Notes under the pieces: model-generated
Seen by the model: the letters and a program-made list of their open reading frames with translations, nothing else
The model's database searches: none
What the model was told of the DNA's origin: nothing
Translations under genes and position numbers: made by a program
In this document: positions 15,001 to 23,723 of the stretch, piece after piece
Position numbering within the stretch: position 1 is the first letter of the stretch
How the letters are laid out: the number at the start of each line of letters is the position of its first letter
DNA from: Heterodontus francisci
Taxonomy: Eukaryota
NCBI RefSeq assembly: GCF_036365525.1
Contig: NC_090381.1
Coordinates: 85,553,257-85,617,256 of the forward strand
DNA: 64,000 nt
Direction: 5' to 3'

Positions 15001-18000
15001 ACACCTGGACCATCAACAACTCCAACACCAATCCTTACATCCACTTCAGCACCAACAATCACACCAGAACCAACAACTACAGAGAGAACCACTCAGCCAT
15101 TAACAAGTGAATCCACAACATTGACCTTAACAACAGGGATCAGTTCATCAACAATAGAAGGTACTGAGCAAGAGAAATTGTCTTGGTCAGGCATTTAACC
15201 CTTCAGGCTCTGGAAGGAAATCTGTTGCAGGATAAGTTTTGTCAGAGATGCAGATAGAACATGTATTGTTTGTCTATCTCCATGCACAAATCTTGTGAGC
15301 ATAGAATCAACAATATTAATGTGTGAGGACAATCATGTATTTTAAATAGAACAAGTACAATTGAGTCTCATCATACATTCTAATGCTGAATATGATTTTG
15401 TTTACACAGCTACATCAGCTGCTCCTACGACAACTACTCCTGCTGGGACATCTTCTACACCTGTACCATCAACAACTACAACACCAATCCTTACAACCAC
15501 TTCAGCACCAACAAGCACGCCAGAACCACCAACTACAGAGACATCCACTCAGCCATCAACAATTGTATCCACAACAACAAGCTCAACAACGGGGATCAGT
15601 TCATCAACAACAGGAGGTACTGAGCAAAAGAAGTTGTCTTTTTCAGGCATTTAGCACTTCATGTTCTGGAAGGAAATCCATTGCAGGATGAGTTTTATCA
15701 GAGATGTAGATAGAACATGTATTGTTAGTCTATGCCCAGGCACGAATATTTTGAGCACAGAATCAACAATTTTAATGTGTGAGGACAATCATGTAGTTTA
15801 AATAGAACCAGTACATTTGAGTCTCATCTTACATTCTAATGCTGAATATGATTTTGTTTACACAGCTACACCTGCTGCTCCTACGACAACTACTCCTGCT
15901 GGGACATCTTCTACACCTGGACCATCAACAACTACAACACCAATCTCTACATCCACTTCAGCACCAACAAGCACACCAGAACCAACAACTGTAGAGAGAT
16001 CCACTCAGCCATCAACAAGTGTATCCGCAACAACAAGCTCAACAGGGATTAGTTCCACAACAGGAATTAGTAAGGATTAGACACTTTATATCAACTATAT
16101 CACACTGTTGGCAGTGTAAATAATTCAACTCATGTCAGAGTTTCTGTTTGAGTTAAAAACTGGTTATATTTTGTTGCTTTATACTGCTTAACAATGAAAG
16201 TATACAAAGGCATCCAGATAGGAAATTGTAATATTGTATTTGTCAGATTTAACATTATGCCATTTATTTAGGATAAGTAAGAGGAAGTCTCAAGTCATAT
16301 TCTACAGCTAAATTTTGATTTTGTTGCCACAGCTGCACCTGCTGCTCCTCCGACAATTACTCCTGCTGGGACATCTTCTACACCTGTACCATCAACAACT
16401 ACAACACCAATCCTGACAGCCACTTCAGCACCAACAAGCACACCAGAACCAACAACTGTAGAGAGATCCACTCAGCCATCAACAAGTGTATCCACAACAA
16501 CAAGCTCAACAACAGGGATTAGTTCCACAACAGGAATTTGTAAGGATTAGACACTTTATATCAACTATACCACACTTTTGCAGTGTAACTAATTCATCTC
16601 ATGTCAGAGTTTCTGTTTGAGTTAAAAACTGGTTATATTTTGTTACATTATACTCACCGTTGGAATAAGAATGCTTAACAATGAAAATATACAAAGGCAT
16701 CCAGATGGGAAATTGTAATATTGTATTTGTCAGAGTTAACACCATGGTATTTATTTAGAACAAGTAAGATGAAGCCTGAAGTCATATTCTACAGCTGAAT
16801 TTTGATTTTGTTTACACAGTTACATCAACTGCTCCTGTGACAACCAGTCCTGCCTTGTCATCTTCTACACCTGGACCATCAACAACTCCAACACCAATCC
16901 TTACATCCACTTCAGCACCAACAAGCACGCCAGAACCACCAACTACAGAGAGATCCACTCAGCCATTAACAAGTGAATCCACAACAATAAGCTCAACAAC
17001 AGGGATCAGTTCATCAACAACAGGAATTAGTAAGGAATTGACCTTTTCTTTAAAAGCTATATCAGACTAATAGTGCTGAGAAAGATTTTCAAGTCATGTC
17101 TTCCTTTATGATAAGCTTAAAAACCAGTTATTTTTGCTTTGTAATCACAACAGGAATAACAACGCTTAAAAACAAAAGTATACAAAGGCATCCTGATTGG
17201 AAATTGCAATAATATATTTCCCATATTTTACATCATACAATTTATTTAGGATAGCTAAGATTAAGTCTCATGTCATAATCTACAGGTGAATTTTGATTTT
17301 GTTTGCACAGCTACATCAACTACTCCCCTGACAACTACTCCTGCCGTGTCATCTTCTCCACCTGGACCATCAACAACTACAACACCAATCCTTTCATCCA
17401 CTTCAGCGCCAATAATCACACCAGAACCAACAACGACAGAGAGATCCACTCAGCCATCAACAAGTTTATCCACAACATCAAGCTCTACAATAGAGATCCG
17501 TTCATCAACAATAGGAATTAGTAAGGAATTGACCTTTTCTTCTATCGCTGTGTCAGACTAATAGTGCTGAAAATAATTCTACTCATGTCTGACTTTATGA
17601 CTCGCTTGAAAAACATTTTTTTTTGCTTTTTAATCCTTTTGGCCTCCTTGTCTTGAGAGACAATGGGTAAGTGCCTAGAGTTGGTCAGTGGTTTGTGGAG
17701 CAGCACCTGGGGTGGCTATAAAGGTCAATTTCTAGAGTGACAGACTCTTCCACACGCGCTGGAGATAAAATTGGTTGTCGGGGCTGTTACACAGTTGGCT
17801 CTCTGCTTACACTGCTGTCTCTTTTCATGCCAACTGCTGAGTCTCTTCGACTTGCCTTCCTTCAGCCCGGCCTTTATAGCTGTCGGCCAGCTCTGGTGAT
17901 CGCTGGCAACTGTCTCCTACAACTTGTGGCCAATGTCGCAAGACTTGATGTTGCGTTTGAAGCGGAGACATAGACGGCAGGTGGGTCTGATACCAGTGAC

Positions 18001-21000
18001 AAGCTCACTGTACAATTCGTCCTTGGGGATCCTGCCATCTTCCATGCGGTTCACATGGCCAAGCCATCTCAAGGGCTGACATACGCTGTCAAGGCCTCGC
18101 TGCCGTAGAGCAAGGTTTTGAGGACACAGGCTTGAAACACTCGGATTTTTGTGTTCTGTGACAGTGTGCCATTTTCCCACACCTTCTTGGCCAGTCTGGA
18201 CATAGCAGCAGACACCTTTCCCATGCGCTTGTTGATTTATAATCGAGAGACTGGTTACTGGTGATGGTTGCGCCCAGGTAGGTGAAATTTTGAACCACTT
18301 CCAGAGTGTGGTCACCGATACTGATAGATGGAACATTTCTGACGTCCTGTCCCATGACGTTTGTTTTCTTGGTTAGGCCAAATTCGTTGCAGGCAGCCGC
18401 AAGCCTGTCGATGAGTCTCTGCAGACACTCTTCTGTGTGGGATGTTAATGCAGCATCGTTAGCAAAGAGGAGTTCCCTGGTGAGGACTTTCCATGCTTTG
18501 GTCTTTGCTCTAAGACGGGCAAGGTTGAACAATGTGCCACTTGATCTTGTGTGGAGGTAAATTCCTTCTTGTGAAGACTTGAACGCGTGAGAGAACAGCA
18601 GTGAAAAGAAGATCCCAAACAGTGTAGGTGCGAGAACACAGCTCTGTTTCACACCACTCAGGATAGGAAAGGAGTCTGATGATGCACCGCTATGCTGAAT
18701 TGTGCCTTTCATATTGTCATGGAATGAGGTGATGATACTTAGTAGCTTTGGTGGACATCTAATCTTTGCTAGTAGTCTGAAGAGACCACATCTGCTGACG
18801 AGGTCAAAGGCTTTGGTGAGATATGTGAAGGCAACGTAGAGGGGCATCTGTTGTTCGCGCCATTTATCCTGTAGCTGGCGAAGGGAGAACAGCATGTCAA
18901 TAGAGGATCTCTGCTCGAAAGCCACACTGTGCCTCAGGGTAGACACGCACAGCCAGCTTCTGGAGTCTGTTTAAAATGAATCGAGCGAAGGCTGTCCCCA
19001 CTGTGCTGATCAGGGAGATTCCATGATAGTTGTTACAGTCACCTTGTTCTTATAGAGGGTGATGATATTGGCACCGCGCATATCCTGTGGTAATGCTCCC
19101 TCATCCCAGCATAGGCAAAGCAGTTCATGGAGTACTGAGGGTATAGCAGGCTTGGCACTCATGATTTTTTCAGGGGTAATGCCATCCTTTCCAGGGGCTT
19201 TTCCTCTGGCTAGACAATTATTGGCGTTACTGAGCTCCGAATTTGTTGGCTGTTCGTCCAGCTCATCCATGACTGGCAGAGACTGGGCTGCTTTGAGGGC
19301 GATATCAGTGACATCATTTTCCCTGGAGTACAGTTCTAGGTAGTGCTGCACCCAGCAGTCCATTTGTTTGCGTTGGTCAGTTTTTCCCTAATTTAGACTT
19401 GAGGGGGGCGATCTTCTTGATGGTTGGCCCAAAAGCTCTCTTAATGCCATCATACATTCCTCTGATTTTTCCCGTGTCGGAGGCCAGCTGAATACGACTG
19501 CATAGGTGTTGCCAGTAGTCATTTGCACAGCACCTGGCTGTTCTTTGTGCAGTGTTTTTGGCGGCTTTAAGTGCTATGGATGTTAACTTGCTGGGGGCTT
19601 TCTTGTAGTTCAGCAGTGCAGTGCGCTTAGCGGCTATGGCAGGTTCCAGCTCTTGAGATTGAAATCAGTCCACATTCTGCTTCTCACATTTGCCAAAGGT
19701 GGTCACTGCTCAGTCATAGATGGCGTCTCTGATGTGGGCCCACTTGGTCTCTGCATCCCCTGCAGCAGTGTTTTGAAGGGCTTTTTCAAGCGAATTGAGA
19801 AACTTTTGTGACAGCTGTGGATAAGAAATTCTGGTAGTGTTGATGCGTGCGCGGCCGTTCTCCTTGGAGTTATGTAACTTCTTTGGTTTGAGTCTAACTT
19901 TGCCGCACACCAGGGAGTGGTCAGTGTGGCAGTCCACACTGTGGAAGCTGCGTGTGATTAGAGCACTGTTTATGGACGCTCGCCTTGTGATGATGAGGTC
20001 CACTGGTGCCAACGACATGATCTGAAGAAGGGTCACTGACCTGAAACGTTAACTCTGCTTATCTCTCCACAGATGCTGCCAGACCTGCTGAGTATTTCCA
20101 GCTTATCTTGTTTTTATTTCAGATTTCCAGAATCTGCAGTTTTTTGCTTTTATGCCAATGCCATGATGTTGGGTGTCTCCATGAAACCTGGTGACAGGAT
20201 TTAGTTTGAAAGAACGAGTTGGTGATGCAGAGGTTGTGGTAGATACACAACTCCAGCAGTCTCTGTCTATTATCATTCATCCTTCCAATGCCAGAGCACC
20301 TGAGGCAGGAGTGCCATGTCTCATGGTCGGCCCCTAACCTGGCGTTAAAGTCCCCCAGCAGGAACAAATGTTCAGTATTAGGAATGCTACTAATGATATT
20401 TTGGAGTTCCGTGTAGAACTGGTCTTTAACTTCAGGTGGGGAGCAGAGTGTTGGAGCATAGATGCGGAGTAGGTGTACTGGACCAGAGGTGGTGAGCAGT
20501 CGGATGGACAGTATGCGTTCCGAGCCATTTGTAGGTGGCTCTATCATGCTGAGCAAAGAGTTTCTGATGGCGAAACCCACTCCATGCTGTCTTGGTTCTT
20601 CTGGATCCCTACCCTGCCAGTAGAAGGTGTAGTCTTGCTCCCTTAGTGATCCACTCGCAGGGAGGCGTGTCTCCTGAAGTGCTGCAATGTCCACATTGAG
20701 TCTACTAAGCTCGTTGTTAATGCTGGCGGTCTTCCAAGAGTCGTCGATTTGTGTAAGATCTTCTGACAGACCAGGGCACATAGTTCTGACGCTCCAGCTT
20801 GCAAAACGAAGGGCTGGTACCTTCTTTCCTTTTTTTGTCGTGCTGTTTGGTGCGGTATTACAGTCCACTTGTCAGGCAATGACCCTGAGTCCAAGCACCC
20901 ATTGAAGCAGGTGGACTGTGGCGGGACAGAACCTTTCCGAACGGGAGCTGCCCAGTTTGAGGCAGGCGGTAGCCGTCCAATGAGATGTGACGACCTCTCC

Positions 21001-23643
21001 CACCGACAAATGCAACCTGTGATGTCCAATCTCTACGCCAATTGAGCTGGACTTAAAACCCGTAACTGCTGCCTGGCATGTTGTTTTGGTTGCTGTGACG
21101 CGACTATGGAGTGACCTCTCCATGGCGCATGCCAGGGTGGAATATATGGAGGTTGTGAGTTGACCAAGCCTCAAAGTTCCCCTCTCGGTCTTCCTTGTGG
21201 GATCCAAAGGAGTGCAGAGCACGATGTTTGGCACAAGTTTGCCTGCAGGAACTGCAAGAAACATGCCAAAGGTGGCACATGACGGCCTTAAGGGCTCTGC
21301 TCCGGATTTTCTGTTAGGGTTTAATCCCTTAGCCTTAGTCTCTCCCAAGATGCCCACAAGGCAGTGGGGTTGTTAGCTCATATTCCTGAGCAGGGGCCCT
21401 AACAAGTAGAGTACACACTCTATGCTGAAATACCCTCCACCATCCACAATCTTTGGCCTCCTTGTCTCGAGAGACAATGGGTAAGCGCCTGGAGGTGCTC
21501 AGTGGATTGTGAAGCAGCGCCTAGAGTGGCTATAAAGGCCAATTCTAGAGTGACAGACTCTTCCACAGGTGCTACAGGTAAAATTGGTTGTCGAGGCTGT
21601 TACACAGTTGGCTCTCCCCATGCGCTTCTGTCTTTTTTCCTGCCAACTGCTAAGTCTCTTCGACTCGCCACACTTTAGCCCCACCTTTATGGCTGCCCGC
21701 CAGCTCTGGCGATCGCTGGCATCTGACTCCCATGACTTGTGATCAATGTCACAGGACTTCATGTCGCGTTTGCATATGTCTTTAAAGCAGAGACATGGAC
21801 GGCCGGTGGGTCTGATACCAATGACGAGCTCGCTGTACAAAGTGTCCTTGGGGATCCTGCCATCTTCCATGCGACTCACATGGCCAAGCCATCTCAAGTG
21901 CCGCTGGCTCAGTAGGGTGTATATGCTGGGGATGTTGGCCGCCTAGAGGACTTCTGTATTGGAGATACGGTTATGCCACCTGATGCCAAAGATTCTCCAG
22001 AGGCAGCGAAGATGGAATGAATTGAGACGACGCTCTTGGCTGACATACGTTATTCAGGCCTCGCTGCTGTAGAGCGAGGTACTGAGGACACAGGCTTGAT
22101 ATACTCGGACTTTTGTATTCTGTATCAGTGCGCCATTTTCCCACACTCTCTTGGCCTGTCTGGACATAGCAGTGGAAGCCTTTCCCATGCGCTTGTTGAT
22201 TTCTGCATCGAGAGACAGGTTACTGGTGACAATAGTCCTAGCAAAAGCCCCGAATATCCACGGCCACTTGGCCCATCGAGTCTTTGCTATCCCCGGACAT
22301 AATTTGAGTCAAATGAGCGCTGAATGAAGAGAATCTGCCTTCACCCGGAGACATTTCCCCAGCAAAGCCGCCCCCTGCATCCCGGCTCACCGAGCCCTCG
22401 AAATACGACTCCCAGACCCGGCCCCGGAATCACGGTCGCACTGGAAGCTGCCGAGACCCCAGACGAAGTTGGTACAGTGCTGGGAGAAGGTGGGCTTGGT
22501 CAATGTCACTTTCCTCAGGTGGTGCCCTGCTGGCGGTGGCCGCTACACATACAACGTATGTAAACAAAGGCATCCCGATTGGAAATTGCAATATTATATG
22601 TGCCAGATTTATTATCATGCCATTTATGTATGATCTGTAAGATTAAGTCTCATGTTATATTCTACAGCTGAAATTTGATTTTGTTTACACAGCTACATCA
22701 GCTGCTCCTATGACAACTACTCCTGCTGGGACATCTTCTACACCTGGATCATCAACAACTACAACACCAATCCTTACATCCACTTCAGCACCAACAATCA
22801 CACCAGAACCAACAACGACAGAGAGATCCACTCAGCCATTAACAAGTCACTCCACAATAAGACCAACAACAGGAGGTAATAAGCGAGTGAAATTGCCTTT
22901 GTCAGGCATTTTAAACTTCATGTTCTGTGTCAAAATTTATTGCAGGTTGAGTTGAACCTGCCAATATGAAAATATATAACCTTCTTCTCCTGTGCTAAGA
23001 CTTTACTGAATCAGAAAAGACAATGGGCTGAATTTTACCGGCCCCTCAATGCCGCGGGTCGTGACGTGGGGGCCGGTTAAATCCTGTGGGGAGAAGCCCG
23101 CCTCCACCCGTGATGTCGTGAAGGGCCCGTCGCATATTACCGGCAGTGGGGGGACCTTAGTGCGGCCCCCCGCATCGCCTGGCTGCGGGCTCTTCATCTT
23201 AATATTCAAATTGACATTAAAGAGATGCAAATGAATTTACCTGCTGCCAGTGGCCGTCCCACGCCGATATTACGGCCGCTGTTTATACTCTGCGCGCCTT
23301 CAGAACTCCGTACAGGGACGCAGCAGCCACTCCCTCTATGTCATCAGGGGTGGCCGCTCTGCTCCCTCTATTAAAAAAGCCCCCATGCACTCGTAAAATT
23401 CAGCCCAACATGTACATAATGCATTAGTTAGTATTCCACTCTGATTTTTCTGTTTTGTTCAATCAGCCACATCCATCACTGCAACTATAGATACCTCTTG
23501 TTCCTCTCTCCCATCAGCAACTGCATCACTGTTCTCGACAGTACCTTTAGTCAAACCAGTACTAACAACTACAGTGAGCAGCACTCAACCATTGACAGCA
23601 CAGTATACGACAAGCCCAACGACTGCTCAGTTTGGCAACAACA
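1..23643 (+). CDS. Multi-exon mucin-like PTS (Pro/Thr/Ser) region: tandem array of about 31 phase-1/phase-1 exons (gene begins upstream of the window)
   Basis: Repeated acceptor ttttgtttacacAG|CT and donors AG|GTACTG or TA|GTAAGG bound T/S/P-rich frames whose lengths are multiples of 3. The 28 regular exons between 4514 and 17520 sum to 5802 nt (about 1934 aa). Confidence 0.85.
283..295 (+). pseudogene. 5' stub of a PTS exon split by a CR1 insertion
   Basis: ttttgtcgacacAG|ctccatcaactgc, then LINE sequence starts at 296; the rest of the exon resumes at 4071. Confidence 0.75.
296..4063 (+). mobile_element. CR1-clade (HER1-like) LINE, 5'-truncated and decayed: ORF1 SGNH esterase part plus ORF2 endonuclease and RT
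   Basis: ORF1 motifs GDSMVRG, VHIGTND, DGLHLN; ORF2 YLNARS, GVYYRPP, YMDFSRAFDKVPHG, GVPQGSVLGP, RPQLEYCVQFWSP; CR1-type 3' UTR ending ttgttctatgttc; TSD caactgc/caattgc. Confidence 0.95.
4071..4264 (+). CDS. 3' remainder of the CR1-interrupted PTS exon (possible internal acceptor at 4108|4109)
   Basis: Open PTS frame to ggag|GTACTG at 4265; in-phase ttctgcAG|ct at 4108. Confidence 0.55.
4514..4720 (+). CDS. PTS mucin exon (207 nt)
   Basis: acacAG|ct ... atta|GTAAGG, phase 1-1. Confidence 0.8.
5000..5209 (+). CDS. PTS mucin exon (210 nt)
   Basis: gaacAG|ca ... atta|GTAAGG. Confidence 0.8.
5499..5696 (+). CDS. PTS exon with mutated canonical acceptor (TG at 5488-5489); in-frame AG 9 nt downstream
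   Basis: tttacacTGctacatcAG|ct ... ggag|GTACTG. Confidence 0.55.
5945..6148 (+). CDS. PTS mucin exon (204 nt)
   Basis: acacAG|ct ... atta|GTAAGG. Confidence 0.8.
6430..6636 (+). CDS. PTS mucin exon (207 nt)
   Basis: acacAG|ct ... ggag|GTACTG. Confidence 0.8.
6886..7095 (+). CDS. PTS mucin exon (210 nt; competing donor at 7086)
   Basis: acacAG|tt ... aca(GTAAGA)atta|GTAAGG. Confidence 0.75.
7377..7583 (+). CDS. PTS mucin exon (207 nt)
   Basis: acacAG|ct ... gaag|GTACTG. Confidence 0.8.
7833..8039 (+). CDS. PTS mucin exon (207 nt)
   Basis: acacAG|ct ... ggag|GTACTG. Confidence 0.8.
8289..8495 (+). CDS. PTS mucin exon (207 nt)
   Basis: Copy of 4514-4720 at +3775. Confidence 0.8.
8775..8984 (+). 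CDS. PTS mucin exon (210 nt)
   Basis: Copy of 5000-5209 at +3775. Confidence 0.8.
9274..9471 (+). CDS. PTS exon with mutated canonical acceptor (TG at 9263-9264); in-frame AG 9 nt downstream
   Basis: Copy of 5490/5499-5696 at +3775. Confidence 0.55.
9720..9923 (+). CDS. PTS mucin exon (204 nt)
   Basis: AG/GT bounded, phase 1-1. Confidence 0.8.
10205..10411 (+). CDS. PTS mucin exon (207 nt)
   Basis: AG/GT bounded, phase 1-1. Confidence 0.8.
10661..10870 (+). CDS. PTS mucin exon (210 nt; competing donor at 10861)
   Basis: AG/GT bounded, phase 1-1. Confidence 0.75.
11152..11358 (+). CDS. PTS mucin exon (207 nt)
   Basis: AG/GT bounded, phase 1-1. Confidence 0.8.
11608..11811 (+). CDS. PTS mucin exon (204 nt)
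   Basis: acacAG|ct ... attt|GTAAGG. Confidence 0.8.
12093..12302 (+). CDS. PTS mucin exon (210 nt; competing donor at 12293)
   Basis: gaacAG|ct ... atta|GTAAGG. Confidence 0.75.
12584..12790 (+). CDS. PTS mucin exon (207 nt)
   Basis: AG/GT bounded, phase 1-1. Confidence 0.8.
13070..13276 (+). CDS. PTS mucin exon (207 nt)
   Basis: AG/GT bounded, phase 1-1. Confidence 0.8.
13526..13732 (+). CDS. PTS mucin exon (207 nt)
   Basis: AG/GT bounded, phase 1-1. Confidence 0.8.
13982..14185 (+). CDS. PTS mucin exon (204 nt)
   Basis: AG/GT bounded, phase 1-1. Confidence 0.8.
14467..14673 (+). CDS. PTS mucin exon (207 nt)
   Basis: gaacAG|ct ... attt|GTAAGG. Confidence 0.8.
14954..15160 (+). CDS. PTS mucin exon (207 nt)
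   Basis: Copy of 13070-13276 at +1884. Confidence 0.8.
15410..15616 (+). CDS. PTS mucin exon (207 nt)
   Basis: Copy of 13526-13732 at +1884. Confidence 0.8.
15866..16069 (+). CDS. PTS mucin exon (204 nt)
   Basis: Copy of 13982-14185 at +1884. Confidence 0.8.
16333..16539 (+). CDS. PTS mucin exon (207 nt)
   Basis: gccacAG|ct ... attt|GTAAGG. Confidence 0.8.
16820..17029 (+). CDS. PTS mucin exon (210 nt)
   Basis: acacAG|tt ... atta|GTAAGG. Confidence 0.8.
17311..17520 (+). CDS. PTS mucin exon (210 nt, more diverged)
   Basis: gcacAG|ct ... atta|GTAAGG. Confidence 0.8.
17636..21399 (-). mobile_element. RTE-clade LINE, near full length and decayed
   Basis: Endonuclease (FASWSVRTM, IAALQETRL, IYAPT, LLGDFNA) and RT (AFTYLTKAFDLVSR, GVKQSCVLAPTLF, RELLFANDAAL, LRWLGHVNRMEDGRIPK) typical of RTE elements; 5' boundary approximate. 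Confidence 0.9.
20022..20152 (+). mobile_element. Short Penelope-like terminal fragment with hammerhead core, inserted in the RTE
   Basis: Begins CTGAAGAagggtcactgacctGAAACGTTaact; flanked by near-duplicate tgccaacgacatgat (20007-20021) / tgccaatgccatgat (20153-20167); homologous to 44215-44319. Confidence 0.75.
21451..22230 (-). mobile_element. Second RTE LINE copy, 5'-truncated
   Basis: Same 3' end as the 17636 copy (ctttggcctccttgtctcgagagacaatggg); C-terminal RWLGHVSRMEDGRIPK...CSTCGRVCHSRIGLYSHSRRC. Confidence 0.9.
22231..22545 (-). pseudogene. DGKQ: Captured fragment of a diacylglycerol kinase theta-like gene: C1-domain coding segment (22434-22542) plus adjacent GC-rich, probably intronic sequence
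   Basis: Minus strand reads GHHLRKVTLTKPTFSQHCTNFVWGLGSFQCD, closely matching the DGK-theta first C1 domain as I recall it (GHSFRKVTLTKPTFCHLCSDFIWGLAGFLCD); similarity stops at a GTGA donor-like site. Confidence 0.75.
22693..22875 (+). CDS. PTS mucin exon (183 nt)
   Basis: acacAG|ct ... ggag|GTAATA; array-type intron end resumes at about 22555. Confidence 0.75.
23025..23406. mobile_element. PIF/Harbinger-type MITE
   Basis: Perfect 14-bp TIR gggctgaattttac ... gtaaaattcagccc; 3-bp flanks aat/aac. Confidence 0.75.
23467..23643 (+). CDS. Divergent terminal S/T-rich exon (177 nt)
   Basis: ttttgttcaatcAG|cc ... aca|GTTAGT; phase 1-1; ATSITATIDTSCSSLPSATASLFSTVPLVKPVLTTTVSSTQPLTAQYTTSPTTAQFGNN. 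Confidence 0.6.
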
Positions 23644-23723
23644 GTTAGTTATGAGCATCAAATCCTATCTATAACAGCTATTTCTTGCTGATGGTGCTGA
23701 AAATAATTGGACTCATGCAAGAT

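Noticed and set aside
5472-15691. Gln/His/Leu-rich ORFs (HQQLQHQSLHPLQHQQ) and Asn-rich ORFs
   Set aside because: These are alternative frames of the ACA/CCA/TCA-rich PTS exons; splice phase supports the Thr/Ser/Pro frame.
4051-17561. Single-exon small genes such as MTTSPALSS...GTEQEKLSWSGI*
   Set aside because: Their starts are mostly GTG/TTG inside exons or introns and their tails are read-through past GT donors; they are internal exons, not standalone genes.
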